The translations under genes were made by a program, and so were the position numbers. From the NCBI GenBank assembly GCA_019455085.1, contig JACFNA010000002.1, forward strand, positions 1 through 53,267: a stretch of 53,267 nucleotides of DNA, given 5' to 3'. Under the pieces are notes generated by a model, which had not been told where the DNA came from, did no database searches, and worked only from the letters and a program-made list of their open reading frames with translations. Within the stretch, counting starts at the first letter, position 1. Every line of letters begins with the position of its first letter. This stretch comes from Chitinophagaceae bacterium. GTDB lineage: Bacteria > Bacteroidota > Bacteroidia > Chitinophagales > Chitinophagaceae. This document shows positions 39,450-48,812 of this stretch, in pieces.

Positions 39450-39576
39450 GCTTGTGTTTTCTATCAAATTTTGCAATTTTTGTGATATAAATTGTTTTAA
39501 TTTGGTATTCACTTTTTTACCTACCTTAGAGCAGGAATGGGAAGGGTGTAAGATAAGAGGTAAAAATCCTATAAAG

Positions 39577-39702
39577 ATGAAAAACTTTGGAAGACTTTTT
39601 CTTGTAATGTTGGCTTTAGCGGGTATTTGTATGATGGGATGCAGTTCATCCAAGAAATCGAACTGTGGTTGTCCAAACACACAAGGGATAATAGGCTATT
39701 AA
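39577..39702 (+). CDS. 41-aa small lipoprotein with CGCP motif
   Basis: MKNFGRLFLVMLALAGICMMGCSSSKKSNCGCPNTQGIIGY: signal peptide II with a GC lipobox. TACCTTAG promoter-like element at 39522-39529. Confidence 0.7.
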   Translation: MKNFGRLFLVMLALAGICMMGCSSSKKSNCGCPNTQGIIGY

Positions 39703-39714
39703 AAACCAATATAG

Positions 39715-39960
39715 ATGAAGAAATTTAACAGGGAGTTGCTGGTGTTGTTCAGAACAAAATCCAATTCGAATTTAGTCGAGCGCCAGGTTGAATCACTACA
39801 TGAGTTACTATATCATGTGGAAAAGGTAGAGAACATTGCTATCGCTCATGAAGTGGTTCATGTAAAGAACCGTAAAATCATTAAGCGCCCCAGACAGGTA
39901 TTAGGTATATTGAACGCACCTAAACTGAAGCCTTTCGTTTTTCTGAATAATTTAAACTAA
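39715..39960 (+). CDS. Hypothetical protein (81 aa)
   Basis: Starts 12 nt after the lipoprotein gene; AT-rich ATG context and plausible composition. Confidence 0.65.
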   Translation: MKKFNRELLVLFRTKSNSNLVERQVESLHELLYHVEKVENIAIAHEVVHVKNRKIIKRPRQVLGILNAPKLKPFVFLNNLN

Positions 39961-40946
39961 TTCTGTCTCCTCTCTTATTTCCCAGATTTCTTTCCCCCTA
40001 AGTAAATTATCCAGATCAGCATCCTTCGCTGTTTTAGCCGTTTCAATTTGTTCCTCCATCATGTCCTCGTAGCAGGGTTTATCTACATTGTAGAATACTC
40101 CGAATGGTCTTGGAAAATGGCCGTCCACAGTGGGGTCGTCAAAGAATCCCGCAAGGATTTGGGCTTTAGTCAGGTCTGCTGAGTCATGGATCCAGAGGTC
40201 GTTTACCGAAGTGTGTGTATCTATATCTGTAATCACGGGTTTTAACCCATCAAATCTGATTCCTTTATTTTTTTGTTCACCGAAAATAAGGGGTTGTCCT
40301 TCTTCAAGAAAAATAGTGTTATCAGCTTTTGTTTTCTTATCTGTAAATATTTCAAAAGCACCATCATTAAATATGTTACAGTTTTGATAGATTTCCAGAA
40401 AAGATGCTCCTTTGTGTTGATGGCTGCAAAAGTAGCCCCGGCTCCCAGCGCTAGTGATGCAGGATTGAAAGGGCGGTCGATGCTGCCGTAAGGCGAACTC
40501 TTAGTGATCGACTTTACATGACTTGTAGGTGAATATTGTCCTTTAGTCAGGCCATATACTTCATTATTAAATAAAAGAATATTGACATCAAAATTGCGGC
40601 GAAGCAAATGAATAGTGTGATTACCACCGATACTCAGAGAATCGCCGTCGCCGGTTACAATCCATATACTTAAATCGGGATTTGTGGCCTTAAGCCCACT
40701 GGCAATTGCCGTAGCCCTACCGTGAATGCTGTGCATACCGTAGGTGTTCATATAATAAGGAAAACGGCTGCTGCACCCTATACCGGATATAATTACAAAG
40801 TTTTCTCTGGGAATTCCCAGCGTGGGAAACACTTTCTGAACCTGTGCCAGGATGGAATAATCTCCACATCCCGGACACCACCTTACCTCCTGATCTGTAA
40901 CAAAATCCTTTGAGGTAAGTACCGGTGCTGTTATTGTCTCACTCAT
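39952..40946 (-). pseudogene. korB: 2-oxoacid:ferredoxin oxidoreductase beta subunit, frameshifted at about 40423
   Basis: The N-half ([38 protein letters not shown]) ends at GATFA. The homologous C-half ([23 protein letters not shown]...FPRPFGVFY) continues in another frame. Confidence 0.8.
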
Positions 40947-41024
40947 AATAATGTAAAGTTACTATTTAGCGATAGAGAAATGTAACAGTGTATTTTATTA
41001 TTTAGGGAAAAAATACAGTGACAA

Positions 41025-41546
41025 TTATCTTCCAAAATCATCCTGGACACGGATAATATCATCCTCATCACTTGGATGGTGTGGATGGGTGTGCTGCCAT
41101 ATCTCTGCAATAATTCCCCAGCCATCAGATCCTATTAAACGGTGCCGCTGTTCTTTTCTTAGAATGATGACATCATTAGTTTGTTTTTCTATCATTTCCC
41201 TTTGTTCATCATCGTCACTTACAACGACGTTGACGCTGCCGGCTATCACTTTCCAAATTTCTGCGCGCCGCAGATGGTATTGCCAGCTGAGCCTTTTGTG
41301 AGGCTCCACGATAAGAATTTTAGGACTAAGTTTTTCTGAAATTTGGATTTGCGCTATATCCACATCCGGAAAGAATAAGTCAATAAACCGGCCTGTCTGT
41401 GCTTCTGAAATATAATAGAAGCCACCCCATGGACGGTTGTCATCCATGTTTGTTGTTTCCAGTCCACAGTGGGTGATGTAGTCTTTAACCTTTTCAAACA
41501 CATCTTTTTTTGAAAGATTATCCGGCAGTTGTAATTGGTCTTGCAT
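41025..41546 (-). CDS. Cupin protein, mannose-6-phosphate isomerase (type II C-terminal)-like
   Basis: RPWGGF, RLSWQYH.RRAEIW, RHRL and EDDIIRVQDDFGR. Confidence 0.85.
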   Translation of the reverse strand: MQDQLQLPDNLSKKDVFEKVKDYITHCGLETTNMDDNRPWGGFYYISEAQTGRFIDLFFPDVDIAQIQISEKLSPKILIVEPHKRLSWQYHLRRAEIWKVIAGSVNVVVSDDDEQREMIEKQTNDVIILRKEQRHRLIGSDGWGIIAEIWQHTHPHHPSDEDDIIRVQDDFGR

Positions 41547-41580
41547 ATTAATTATAACTATTATGATTATACGTAATTAT

Positions 41581-43437
41581 TTATCTTCCCATATATACCA
41601 TCAGTATCTGCACATCACTGGGGTTGACCCCACTGATGCGGCTTGCCTGTCCTAACGTCTGAGGTTTTATTTTATTGAATTTCTGCCTGGCTTCTGTGCT
41701 GAGTGAGGTAAGTTTATCATAGTTGAATGAGGAAGGGATTATAAGATCTTCCAGCGTACTGAGTTTTGCGGCCAATTCTTCCTCTTTCTTAATATACACT
41801 TCGTACTTAATTGCTATTTCTGCTTCTTTAAGGGCTTCATCAGAAAAGTTATTGAGCATTTTCAATTCAGGTAAGGCATCTATCATTTGTCTGATTCCCA
41901 TGGCGGGACGAAGCAGTATTTGCGCTGCCTTTGTTTTTTGACTTAGTGGTGCAGCACCTATCGACTCCAGCAATGGGGGGGCAGACTCGAATATTGAGGT
42001 TTCCCTGAGTAGCTTTTCAATTTCCCCGATTTCTTCTTTTTTCTTTCTCACCCGGTTCATTCGCTGTTGACTTGCCAGCCCTATACGGTAGCTTTTTTCA
42101 GTAAGCCTGATATCTGCATTGTCCTGCCGGAGCAGGGTGCGGTATTCTGCTCTGCTGGTAAACATTCTGTATGGTTCATCGGTTCCTTTATTGATAAGGT
42201 CGTCTATTAGCACACCAATGTATGCTTCGTTTCTTTTCAGAGTGAAAGGCTCCTGTTCGTTGACAGACAGGTGAGCGTTCATTCCTGCAATAATCCCCTG
42301 GCAGGCGGCCTCTTCGTAGCCGGTAGTGCCATTGATCTGACCCGCAAAAAACAGATTTTTTACGAGTTTGGTTTCGAGGCTGAACTTAAGCTGTGTAGGA
42401 GGAAAGTAATCATATTCTATAGCATAACCAGGGCGGAACATTTTGCAGTTTTCAAACCCTGGTATCTGGCTAAGGGCCTGATACTGAACATTTTCTGGTA
42501 GCGATGAGGAAAAGCCATTCACATATACTTCATAGGTATTCCAACCTTCGGGCTCCACGAAGATCTGGTGGCGTTCTCTCTCTGCAAACCGGTTGATTTT
42601 ATCTTCAATGCTGGGGCAGTACCTTGGCCCGGTTCCCTTGATTCTCCCCTGAAACATGGGGCTTTCATCGAATCCGGTTCTAAGAGTTTCGTGTACTTGT
42701 TTGTTAGTATAAGTAATCCAGCAACTTCTTTGCCTTTTGGGCAATTGAGTGTCCAGATATGAGAAGCCCGTAATTTCCTCATCGCCCCGTTGCTCTTCCA
42801 TTTTAGAATAGTCGAGCGAACGCCCATCCACCCTGGGGGGGGTTCCTGTTTTGAGGCGATCGCTTTCGAACCCCCACTCTACCAGGTTTTCTGTAATACC
42901 GGATACCGACTTTTCGGCTACTCTGCCACCTTTGCTTTGCTTTGTACCAATATGTATGATGCCGTTGAGGAAGGTTCCATTGGTTAATACTACCGCTTTG
43001 GCTTCTATGTGGTGGCCGAGCCCTGTCCTGACGCCCGTAATTGCATCATCCTTTCTGGTGAGGCCCACCACGGTATCCTGGTAAAAGTCCAGATTTTCTA
43101 TATTTTCCAGAGCTTGCCTCCATCGCGTAGAGAATAGCATCCGATCGTTTTGTGCGCGTGGGCTCCACATGGCCGGCCCTTTGCTTTTGTTAAGCATTCT
43201 GAACTGAATAGTGGTTTCGTCCGTAACGATTCCGGAGTACCCTCCCAGCGCATCTATTTCACGGATGATTTGCCCTTTTCCAATACCACCCATGGCAGGG
43301 TTACAGCTCATTTGGGCCATATTCTGCATATTCATGGTAATAAGCAGCGTTTTGCTGCCCATGTTTGCAGCGGCCGCGGCAGCCTCACAACCGGCATGTC
43401 CTGCACCCACAACGATTACATCATATTTTGGAAACAT
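41581..43437 (-). CDS. mnmG: tRNA uridine-5-carboxymethylaminomethyl(34) synthesis enzyme MnmG (GidA)
   Basis: VVGAGHAGCEAA, MSCNPAMGG, RLKTGTPPR, GPRYCPSIEDK and AGQINGTTGYEEAA. ATG 43437 follows TACTTTTG. Confidence 0.98.
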   Translation of the reverse strand: MFPKYDVIVVGAGHAGCEAAAAAANMGSKTLLITMNMQNMAQMSCNPAMGGIGKGQIIREIDALGGYSGIVTDETTIQFRMLNKSKGPAMWSPRAQNDRMLFSTRWRQALENIENLDFYQDTVVGLTRKDDAITGVRTGLGHHIEAKAVVLTNGTFLNGIIHIGTKQSKGGRVAEKSVSGITENLVEWGFESDRLKTGTPPRVDGRSLDYSKMEEQRGDEEITGFSYLDTQLPKRQRSCWITYTNKQVHETLRTGFDESPMFQGRIKGTGPRYCPSIEDKINRFAERERHQIFVEPEGWNTYEVYVNGFSSSLPENVQYQALSQIPGFENCKMFRPGYAIEYDYFPPTQLKFSLETKLVKNLFFAGQINGTTGYEEAACQGIIAGMNAHLSVNEQEPFTLKRNEAYIGVLIDDLINKGTDEPYRMFTSRAEYRTLLRQDNADIRLTEKSYRIGLASQQRMNRVRKKKEEIGEIEKLLRETSIFESAPPLLESIGAAPLSQKTKAAQILLRPAMGIRQMIDALPELKMLNNFSDEALKEAEIAIKYEVYIKKEEELAAKLSTLEDLIIPSSFNYDKLTSLSTEARQKFNKIKPQTLGQASRISGVNPSDVQILMVYMGR

Positions 43438-43533
43438 CCTGCAAAAGTACACTAATGCAGAATTTTCGACAGGCGTCACTGTTTTTTTAGCATTTGTGTA
43501 ATGTGGCTTGTGTAGGACCGGGGTTGAATGATT

Positions 43534-43549
43534 TGTTTCACGTGGAACA
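43534..43549. promoter_or_regulatory. parS site (TGTTTCACGTGGAACA)
   Basis: Matches the canonical 16-bp ParB/Spo0J palindrome TGTTNCACGTGAAACA. Confidence 0.9.
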
Positions 43550-43580
43550 CCGAAGGTCTCATCAATAACACCGTATGTGA

Positions 43581-43596
43581 GGTTTCACGTGAAACA
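43581..43596. promoter_or_regulatory. Second parS site (GGTTTCACGTGAAACA)
   Basis: 15/16 match to the parS palindrome, starting 47 bp after the first site. Confidence 0.88.
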
Positions 43597-43597
43597 T

Positions 43598-44071
43598 TTA
43601 CCTCTTACCAAGGTAATAGTCTTCCTTTGATCGCATTTGCTTTTTCTGTTTTGGGGTGCCATCTTCATACCCACAGAGGTGAAGAAGTCCATGAATCATT
43701 ACCCTGTGCAGTTCTGTTTCAAAAGAAACACCATACTTTCCTGCATTTTCCCTAACCCGTTCTACACTAATATAGATTTCTGAAATGATAGCCTCCCCTG
43801 CCGGGGAAATAGTGAAGGTGAGGATATCTGTAAAGGTGTCGTGATTTAGATAGGCTCGATTTAATTCGATCAGATAAGCGTCCACACAGAAAATATAGTC
43901 AACCCTTTCCACTTCGGCCCCCTCTTCTTTCATCACACTATCAAGAAGAGACTGAGAGGGCAGCGATTCTTTGGGGATACGCGGCACCTGATGAAAGTTG
44001 AAGAAAAAATGCTTTTTGTTACGAGTAGCCAAAATAGATGGTTTTTTGATGTGGAGAGTTACCTTTGCCAT
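43598..44071 (-). CDS. ybeY: rRNA maturation endoribonuclease YbeY (true start probably downstream, e.g. TTG 44032)
   Basis: LN..YL.HD..TDILTF, EIYIS and HGLLHLCGYED (H3xH5xH, with the third His replaced by Glu/Asp). Confidence 0.9.
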   Translation of the reverse strand: MAKVTLHIKKPSILATRNKKHFFFNFHQVPRIPKESLPSQSLLDSVMKEEGAEVERVDYIFCVDAYLIELNRAYLNHDTFTDILTFTISPAGEAIISEIYISVERVRENAGKYGVSFETELHRVMIHGLLHLCGYEDGTPKQKKQMRSKEDYYLGKR

Positions 44072-44074
44072 AAG

Positions 44075-44320
44075 ATGAATCTTTCAGAAGCAAAAGTTGG
44101 GTCAAAAGTAAAAATTCTATCCCTTACTAATGGAGACCTCGCTCTTAAACTAATGGAAATGGGCTGTTTGCCCGGAGAAGAAGTAGTGGTTTGGAAAAAA
44201 GCGCCGCTAGGAGATCCTATTTATATTCTGGTTGCAGGGTATTCCCTCAGCCTGAGACTGAACGAGGCGGCCGCCATCGAGGTGGAAACCCTATTGCAGA
44301 ACAGCCCTGTTAATAAATGA
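44075..44320 (+). CDS. feoA: Ferrous iron transport protein A (FeoA, SH3-like)
   Basis: KLMEMGCLPG, APLGDPI and LSLR..EA. ATG 44075 follows TACCTTTG (44060-44067). Confidence 0.9.
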   Translation: MNLSEAKVGSKVKILSLTNGDLALKLMEMGCLPGEEVVVWKKAPLGDPIYILVAGYSLSLRLNEAAAIEVETLLQNSPVNK

Positions 44321-44889
44321 GAATCGGTCTTTACTTTGGTTCCTTTAATCCCGTCCATCATGGCCATCTGATAATAGCCAGCCACATGGTTAACTTTACC
44401 GATCTGCAGCGAGTATGGTTTGTGGTCTCTCCCCAGAATCCCTTTAAGCAGTCTGCCTCTCTATTAAACGAGCGCCACCGGAAACACCTGGTAGATCTGG
44501 CGGTTGAGGATGATATAAATCTCAAGACCTGCGACATTGAATTTAAACTGCCAAGGCCGTCTTATACCATTGATACCCTCATCCATCTTGAGGAGAGGTA
44601 TCCACAACATGAGTTTACTGTGATTATGGGAAGTGATAGTTTTCAGAATATTAAGAAATGGAAAAATGGTGACCTGCTCATTAAAAACTATCCCATAAAG
44701 ATTTATTTACGTTCCGGCTTCCCGGTCGACCCCACAATGCTAAAACACAGGATTGAAGTGGTGGAAGCCCCTATTTTGCAGATATCAGGAACACTAATCA
44801 GGAAACTTATCAAAGACCGTAAATCAATTCGCTATCTGGTTCCTGAAAAAGTACGGGAAGAAATTGAAAACCAGCAATTTTACTTCTGA
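44317..44889 (+). CDS. nadD: Nicotinate-nucleotide adenylyltransferase
   Basis: GSFNPVHHGH, SPQNPFK, PSYTIDTL, IMGSD and ISGT.IR. Confidence 0.95.
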   Translation: MRIGLYFGSFNPVHHGHLIIASHMVNFTDLQRVWFVVSPQNPFKQSASLLNERHRKHLVDLAVEDDINLKTCDIEFKLPRPSYTIDTLIHLEERYPQHEFTVIMGSDSFQNIKKWKNGDLLIKNYPIKIYLRSGFPVDPTMLKHRIEVVEAPILQISGTLIRKLIKDRKSIRYLVPEKVREEIENQQFYF

Positions 44890-44944
44890 TATAGAGAATC
44901 ACCAACACAACACATTGATTATCAGCATATTATAAACGGTCAGA

Positions 44945-45238
44945 TTAATTCAGTTCTTCTTTATTATCGTCCTCTGTGAGTTCGTTCAATCGCCTCTCGT
45001 TATGTGTCCAGGTGAAATGTGTGACCAGGAAACCACATACAATAGAGAGAGTAATAAAGATGTGAATCAGATAGGGGCCTCCTGTTTTCCAAAGATTGGT
45101 AAGCAGTTTAGATAAGAAAAATAAGATAAAGAAGGTGACAATAGCCCAGCCAATTATGTAGGTGATATAATATCCTGCTCTGGAACCCTTTCTCTGGTCT
45201 TTCCAATACTCAATAAAACGCCTGTCTTCAGCCTTCAT
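44945..45238 (-). CDS. Small two-TM hypothetical membrane protein
   Basis: MKAEDRRFIEYWKDQR...two hydrophobic helices...W..NE. Lies downstream of the E1 gene. Confidence 0.65.
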   Translation of the reverse strand: MKAEDRRFIEYWKDQRKGSRAGYYITYIIGWAIVTFFILFFLSKLLTNLWKTGGPYLIHIFITLSIVCGFLVTHFTWTHNERRLNELTEDDNKEELN

Positions 45239-45273
45239 TTGTAAAAAATAGATTCTTTTAAAGAGGTAATAGC

Positions 45274-47664
45274 TCATTCTTTCATCATTTCCAATACCGT
45301 GTGGATGATTTGTTCTGTATTAGGCTTGCTAAAGTAATCGCCGTCTGTTCCATAACCCGGCCTGTGATCCTTGCCTGTCAATGTTCTTGGGGTACAATCC
45401 AGCCATCTGTATCCTCCCTGCTCTTCCATTACCTTATTAAACATATAACCAGCAGCACCGCCAGGCACGTCTTCATCGACAAAGAGAATCCTGCTTGTCT
45501 TTTTAAGTGAAGCGAGTATTGCGTGGTGAATATCAAAAGGAATCAGGGTCTGCACATCTACCACTTCGCAACTGATTCCGTGTTTTTCAAGGGCGTTTGC
45601 AGCCTTGGTAATGTTTCTGAGAACCGACCCGTATGATACAATGGTAATGTCTGTCCCCTCCCTTAATACTTCGGGGATACCCAGTGGAACCCTGTATTCA
45701 TCAAGGTTCGAAATCAATTTTTCCTTCAGACGATACCCGTTGAGGCATTCAATTACCAATGCCGGATCGTTGCCTTCCATCAGGGTATTATACATACCTG
45801 CTGCCCGGGTCATATCTCTGGGCACACAAATATACATTCCTCGTAAAGAGTTGATAATCATACCCATGGGTGAACCGCTATGCCAGATACCTTCCAAACG
45901 ATGCCCTCTGGTACGAATAATTACCGGTACACTTTGTTTTCCAAACGTTCGGTAGTGTGTGGTTGCCACATCGTCGCTCAGGGTTGTAATTGCATATAGG
46001 AGATAGTCGAGATATTGTATTTCAGCTATTGGTCTTAACCCCCTAAAGGCCAATCCTAATCCCTGGCCGGCAATTGTATTCTCTCTTATTCCGGTATCAA
46101 ATATCCTGCCCTCCCCAAATTTCTTTTGTAAACCACTAAAACCCTGATTTACATCACCTATATATCCCACGTCTTCTCCGAAAGCCACCACTTTCTTGTT
46201 TCGTGTGAATAACGCGTCAAAATACTTGTTTAACACCTCGTAACCGTTGATTAGTGGTGCATTTATGTCGTACTCGGGTGCTACGGCCTGTATATTCAAT
46301 GCCGATTTGGGCCCTTCATTATATAAGTGAGTATTGAAGAGTGTAACGCTTTCCTGTTGCAGTTGATCAAAATAAGCCTTTACGTCGGCCGCAGCCGGTT
46401 CGTTTGTGTCGGGATGGGTGAGATAAGCAGAAAGGGCCTTCATCACATTCTTGCGGTTGGGTTCGCGCAATGAAGTCAGTTCGGCCGATATCTCTGCCGC
46501 CGCTTTCTGGTTGATGGCCGCTCCTGCTTTTTCAAGTAGTGCCAGGGTTTGCTGTACCTGTTCTCTGATTGGGTTTTGATATTTTTCCCAGGCGATGTTA
46601 CGGCTGTCTTTTACAAACTGTTTTGCTTCCAGCTCCAGCTTGTCCAGTTCTTCTTCATTTGCGAGTGAATTCACCAGAATCCACTCCCGCATCTGTGCCT
46701 TGCAGTCCCACTTCCTTTCCCAATCGAGCCGCGCTCTGGATTTGTAACGTTCATGGCTCCCGGAGGTGCTATGGCCCTGTGGCTGGGTGATTTCCTGAAC
46801 GTGAAAAAGAGCAGGAGTATGTGTTTCACGGATATGCTGGATAGCGGGCTCCAGGATTTCGCACATTCCCGCGTAATCCCAGCCTTTTAGTTGATAAATA
46901 TTGATTCCGTTTGTATCATCCGTTTTTTGAAAACCGGCTAAAGCCTCTGATATTGAAGCCTTTACGGTCTGATACTCTTTGGGCACCGAGATTCCATAGC
47001 CGTCGTCCCATACGAATACAGCCAGAGGTACCTGCATTACGGCGGCCGCATTCAGCGTTTCCCAGAAAGGGCCTTCTGAGGTGGCACTATCACCAATAGT
47101 GGCAAAGCATACCTCATTGCCATTATGGCTGAGTCCGGCAAACTCCTGTAATTCAGCATTATTTCTGAATAATTTGGATGCCTGTGCCAAGCCCAGTGCT
47201 CTCGCCATTTGTCCGGACGTAGGGGCTATATCTGATGCCGTATTTTTCATATCTGCCAGGTCAAGCCAGTTGCCTTCGGCATCAGTATTGGGGGTGGCAA
47301 AGTGTGAATTCATCTGCCTCCCGGCGCTAAAAGGATCATTATTTATATCGGGATCTGCGTATAATTGTGAAAAAAACTGTGCTACCGTACCCATTCCGGC
47401 AGCGAATGTAAATGTCTGGTCGCGATAGTATCCCGAACGGACATCGCCGGGTTTGAAGAATTTGGCCATGGCTACCTGAGCTACCTCCTTACCATCTCCA
47501 AAAATGCCGAATTTAGCCTTGCCTGTCAGCACTTCCTTACGCGCCAGTAAACTAGCCTCCCTGCTGATGCAAACCATCTTATAGTCTGCCAGTACCATAG
47601 AAATGAAATTGTCGAATGACAGGTTTTCCAAAAGGTCTTTTTCGGCGTGTGTCTCTGGGCCCAT
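45274..47664 (-). CDS. Fused alpha/beta E1 component of a 2-oxoacid (branched-chain/pyruvate) dehydrogenase
   Basis: GYYRDQT, ThDP motif IGDSATSEG...DDGYGISVP, GHSTS, FGEDVG, DTGIRE and AEIQYLDY, all in one ORF. Confidence 0.92.
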   Translation of the reverse strand: MGPETHAEKDLLENLSFDNFISMVLADYKMVCISREASLLARKEVLTGKAKFGIFGDGKEVAQVAMAKFFKPGDVRSGYYRDQTFTFAAGMGTVAQFFSQLYADPDINNDPFSAGRQMNSHFATPNTDAEGNWLDLADMKNTASDIAPTSGQMARALGLAQASKLFRNNAELQEFAGLSHNGNEVCFATIGDSATSEGPFWETLNAAAVMQVPLAVFVWDDGYGISVPKEYQTVKASISEALAGFQKTDDTNGINIYQLKGWDYAGMCEILEPAIQHIRETHTPALFHVQEITQPQGHSTSGSHERYKSRARLDWERKWDCKAQMREWILVNSLANEEELDKLELEAKQFVKDSRNIAWEKYQNPIREQVQQTLALLEKAGAAINQKAAAEISAELTSLREPNRKNVMKALSAYLTHPDTNEPAAADVKAYFDQLQQESVTLFNTHLYNEGPKSALNIQAVAPEYDINAPLINGYEVLNKYFDALFTRNKKVVAFGEDVGYIGDVNQGFSGLQKKFGEGRIFDTGIRENTIAGQGLGLAFRGLRPIAEIQYLDYLLYAITTLSDDVATTHYRTFGKQSVPVIIRTRGHRLEGIWHSGSPMGMIINSLRGMYICVPRDMTRAAGMYNTLMEGNDPALVIECLNGYRLKEKLISNLDEYRVPLGIPEVLREGTDITIVSYGSVLRNITKAANALEKHGISCEVVDVQTLIPFDIHHAILASLKKTSRILFVDEDVPGGAAGYMFNKVMEEQGGYRWLDCTPRTLTGKDHRPGYGTDGDYFSKPNTEQIIHTVLEMMKE

Positions 47665-47777
47665 GAAGCAAAAATATTAATTGTTGACCACGATAGTTAA
47701 AATCCTACATAAACGGGCAATTTGCAACCATTTATTCCGTTTTACTATCTTTGATAACCGAATAAAAGTACGAAAAA

Positions 47778-48251
47778 ATGAGGATTTGGCTGGCGATAAT
47801 AGGAATATTTACCATTTCCAATACTTGTCTGGCTCAGGAAAGGGCTATATCACCGAACGCAAAGGTTGTGGAGCAAAAAGCGGTGCCGGCAGAGGTGATA
47901 AAGTTTGACAAGACTACATTTGATTTTGGCAAAATTCCCCAAGGTAAGCCTGTCACTACAGTTTTTGAGTTTAAGAATACCGGGACTACTCCTATTGCAC
48001 TGGATAACGTACAGGCGGCCTGTGGTTGCACCACACCTGAGTGGAATAAGGATACAATTGCCCCCGGCGGTAAATCAAAGATTGTAGTAGGTTATAATTC
48101 AGCGGCAATCGGATCTTTTGCCAAACCGATAACAGTATATTATAATGGGAACCAACATATACAACTGTTAATTTCAGGAGAAGTATGGGAAACACCCGTA
48201 ACTTCGGCTCCGGAGAATAACGCAATTAGTCAATTTAAAAAGAATCAATAA
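47778..48251 (+). CDS. DUF1573 domain-containing secreted protein
   Basis: Signal peptide, FDFGKI, F.F.N.G, ACGCT and I.PG. TATCTTTG promoter at 47746-47753. Confidence 0.88.
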   Translation: MRIWLAIIGIFTISNTCLAQERAISPNAKVVEQKAVPAEVIKFDKTTFDFGKIPQGKPVTTVFEFKNTGTTPIALDNVQAACGCTTPEWNKDTIAPGGKSKIVVGYNSAAIGSFAKPITVYYNGNQHIQLLISGEVWETPVTSAPENNAISQFKKNQ

Positions 48252-48252
48252 A

Positions 48253-48675
48253 ATGAAAGTAGTATTTCTGGCGTTTTTTGCCCTTGTATCCACTGCACTG
48301 TTCGCACAACCTAAAGCCAATGATTATGCGAAGTTCAGTACAGAAAATTTTGATTTTGGAAAGATAAAACAGGGTGTTCCTGTTACTGCCACCTTTACCG
48401 TTACCAACATCAGTAAAGAGCCTTTGATTATTGAGCAGGCTGCTCCTTCTTGTGGCTGCACAGTGAGTGACTACACAAAAGAGCCGATCGCTCCGGGAAA
48501 AACAGGCACTATCAAAGCGGTGTTTAATGCTGCAGCACTAGGCCCTATTAATAAGACCATCACCGTAAAGTTTGCAAATGCACAGGATGTGAAGTTTGTG
48601 AAACTATCGGGTGAAGTGCTGGATGCCGCTGCATACGGAAAGATAAAGAACGACAAATCGCAGAAGAACGGATAA
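48253..48675 (+). CDS. DUF1573 domain-containing secreted protein (tandem paralog)
   Basis: FDFGKIKQG, PSCGCT and PIAPG; starts 1 nt after the previous gene. Confidence 0.88.
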   Translation: MKVVFLAFFALVSTALFAQPKANDYAKFSTENFDFGKIKQGVPVTATFTVTNISKEPLIIEQAAPSCGCTVSDYTKEPIAPGKTGTIKAVFNAAALGPINKTITVKFANAQDVKFVKLSGEVLDAAAYGKIKNDKSQKNG

Positions 48676-48703
48676 GCAACTTCAGTACTGTATTTTTGAT
48701 ATT

Positions 48704-48733
48704 AACCACGTCCCCGGGGCGTGGTTTTTGTTT
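48704..48733 (+). terminator. Intrinsic terminator after the DUF1573 pair
   Basis: AACCACGTCC-ccg-GGGCGTGGTT followed by TTTGTTT. Confidence 0.75.
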
Positions 48734-48812
48734 CGATAGACATTCGATAAACAAATAATAAGGAAGAAAAGAGACGATTATTTGTCGACCTTTGCTTCAC
48801 AGAATTGTGGAT

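Noticed and set aside
39450-39680. 77-aa N-terminal extension of the glycosyltransferase given in the ORF track
   Set aside because: It overlaps the divergent lipoprotein gene and its promoter. Family motifs begin right after ATG 39449.
46822-46837. TGTTTCACGG parS-like half site in the E1 gene
   Set aside because: Only one arm matches and it is not palindromic.
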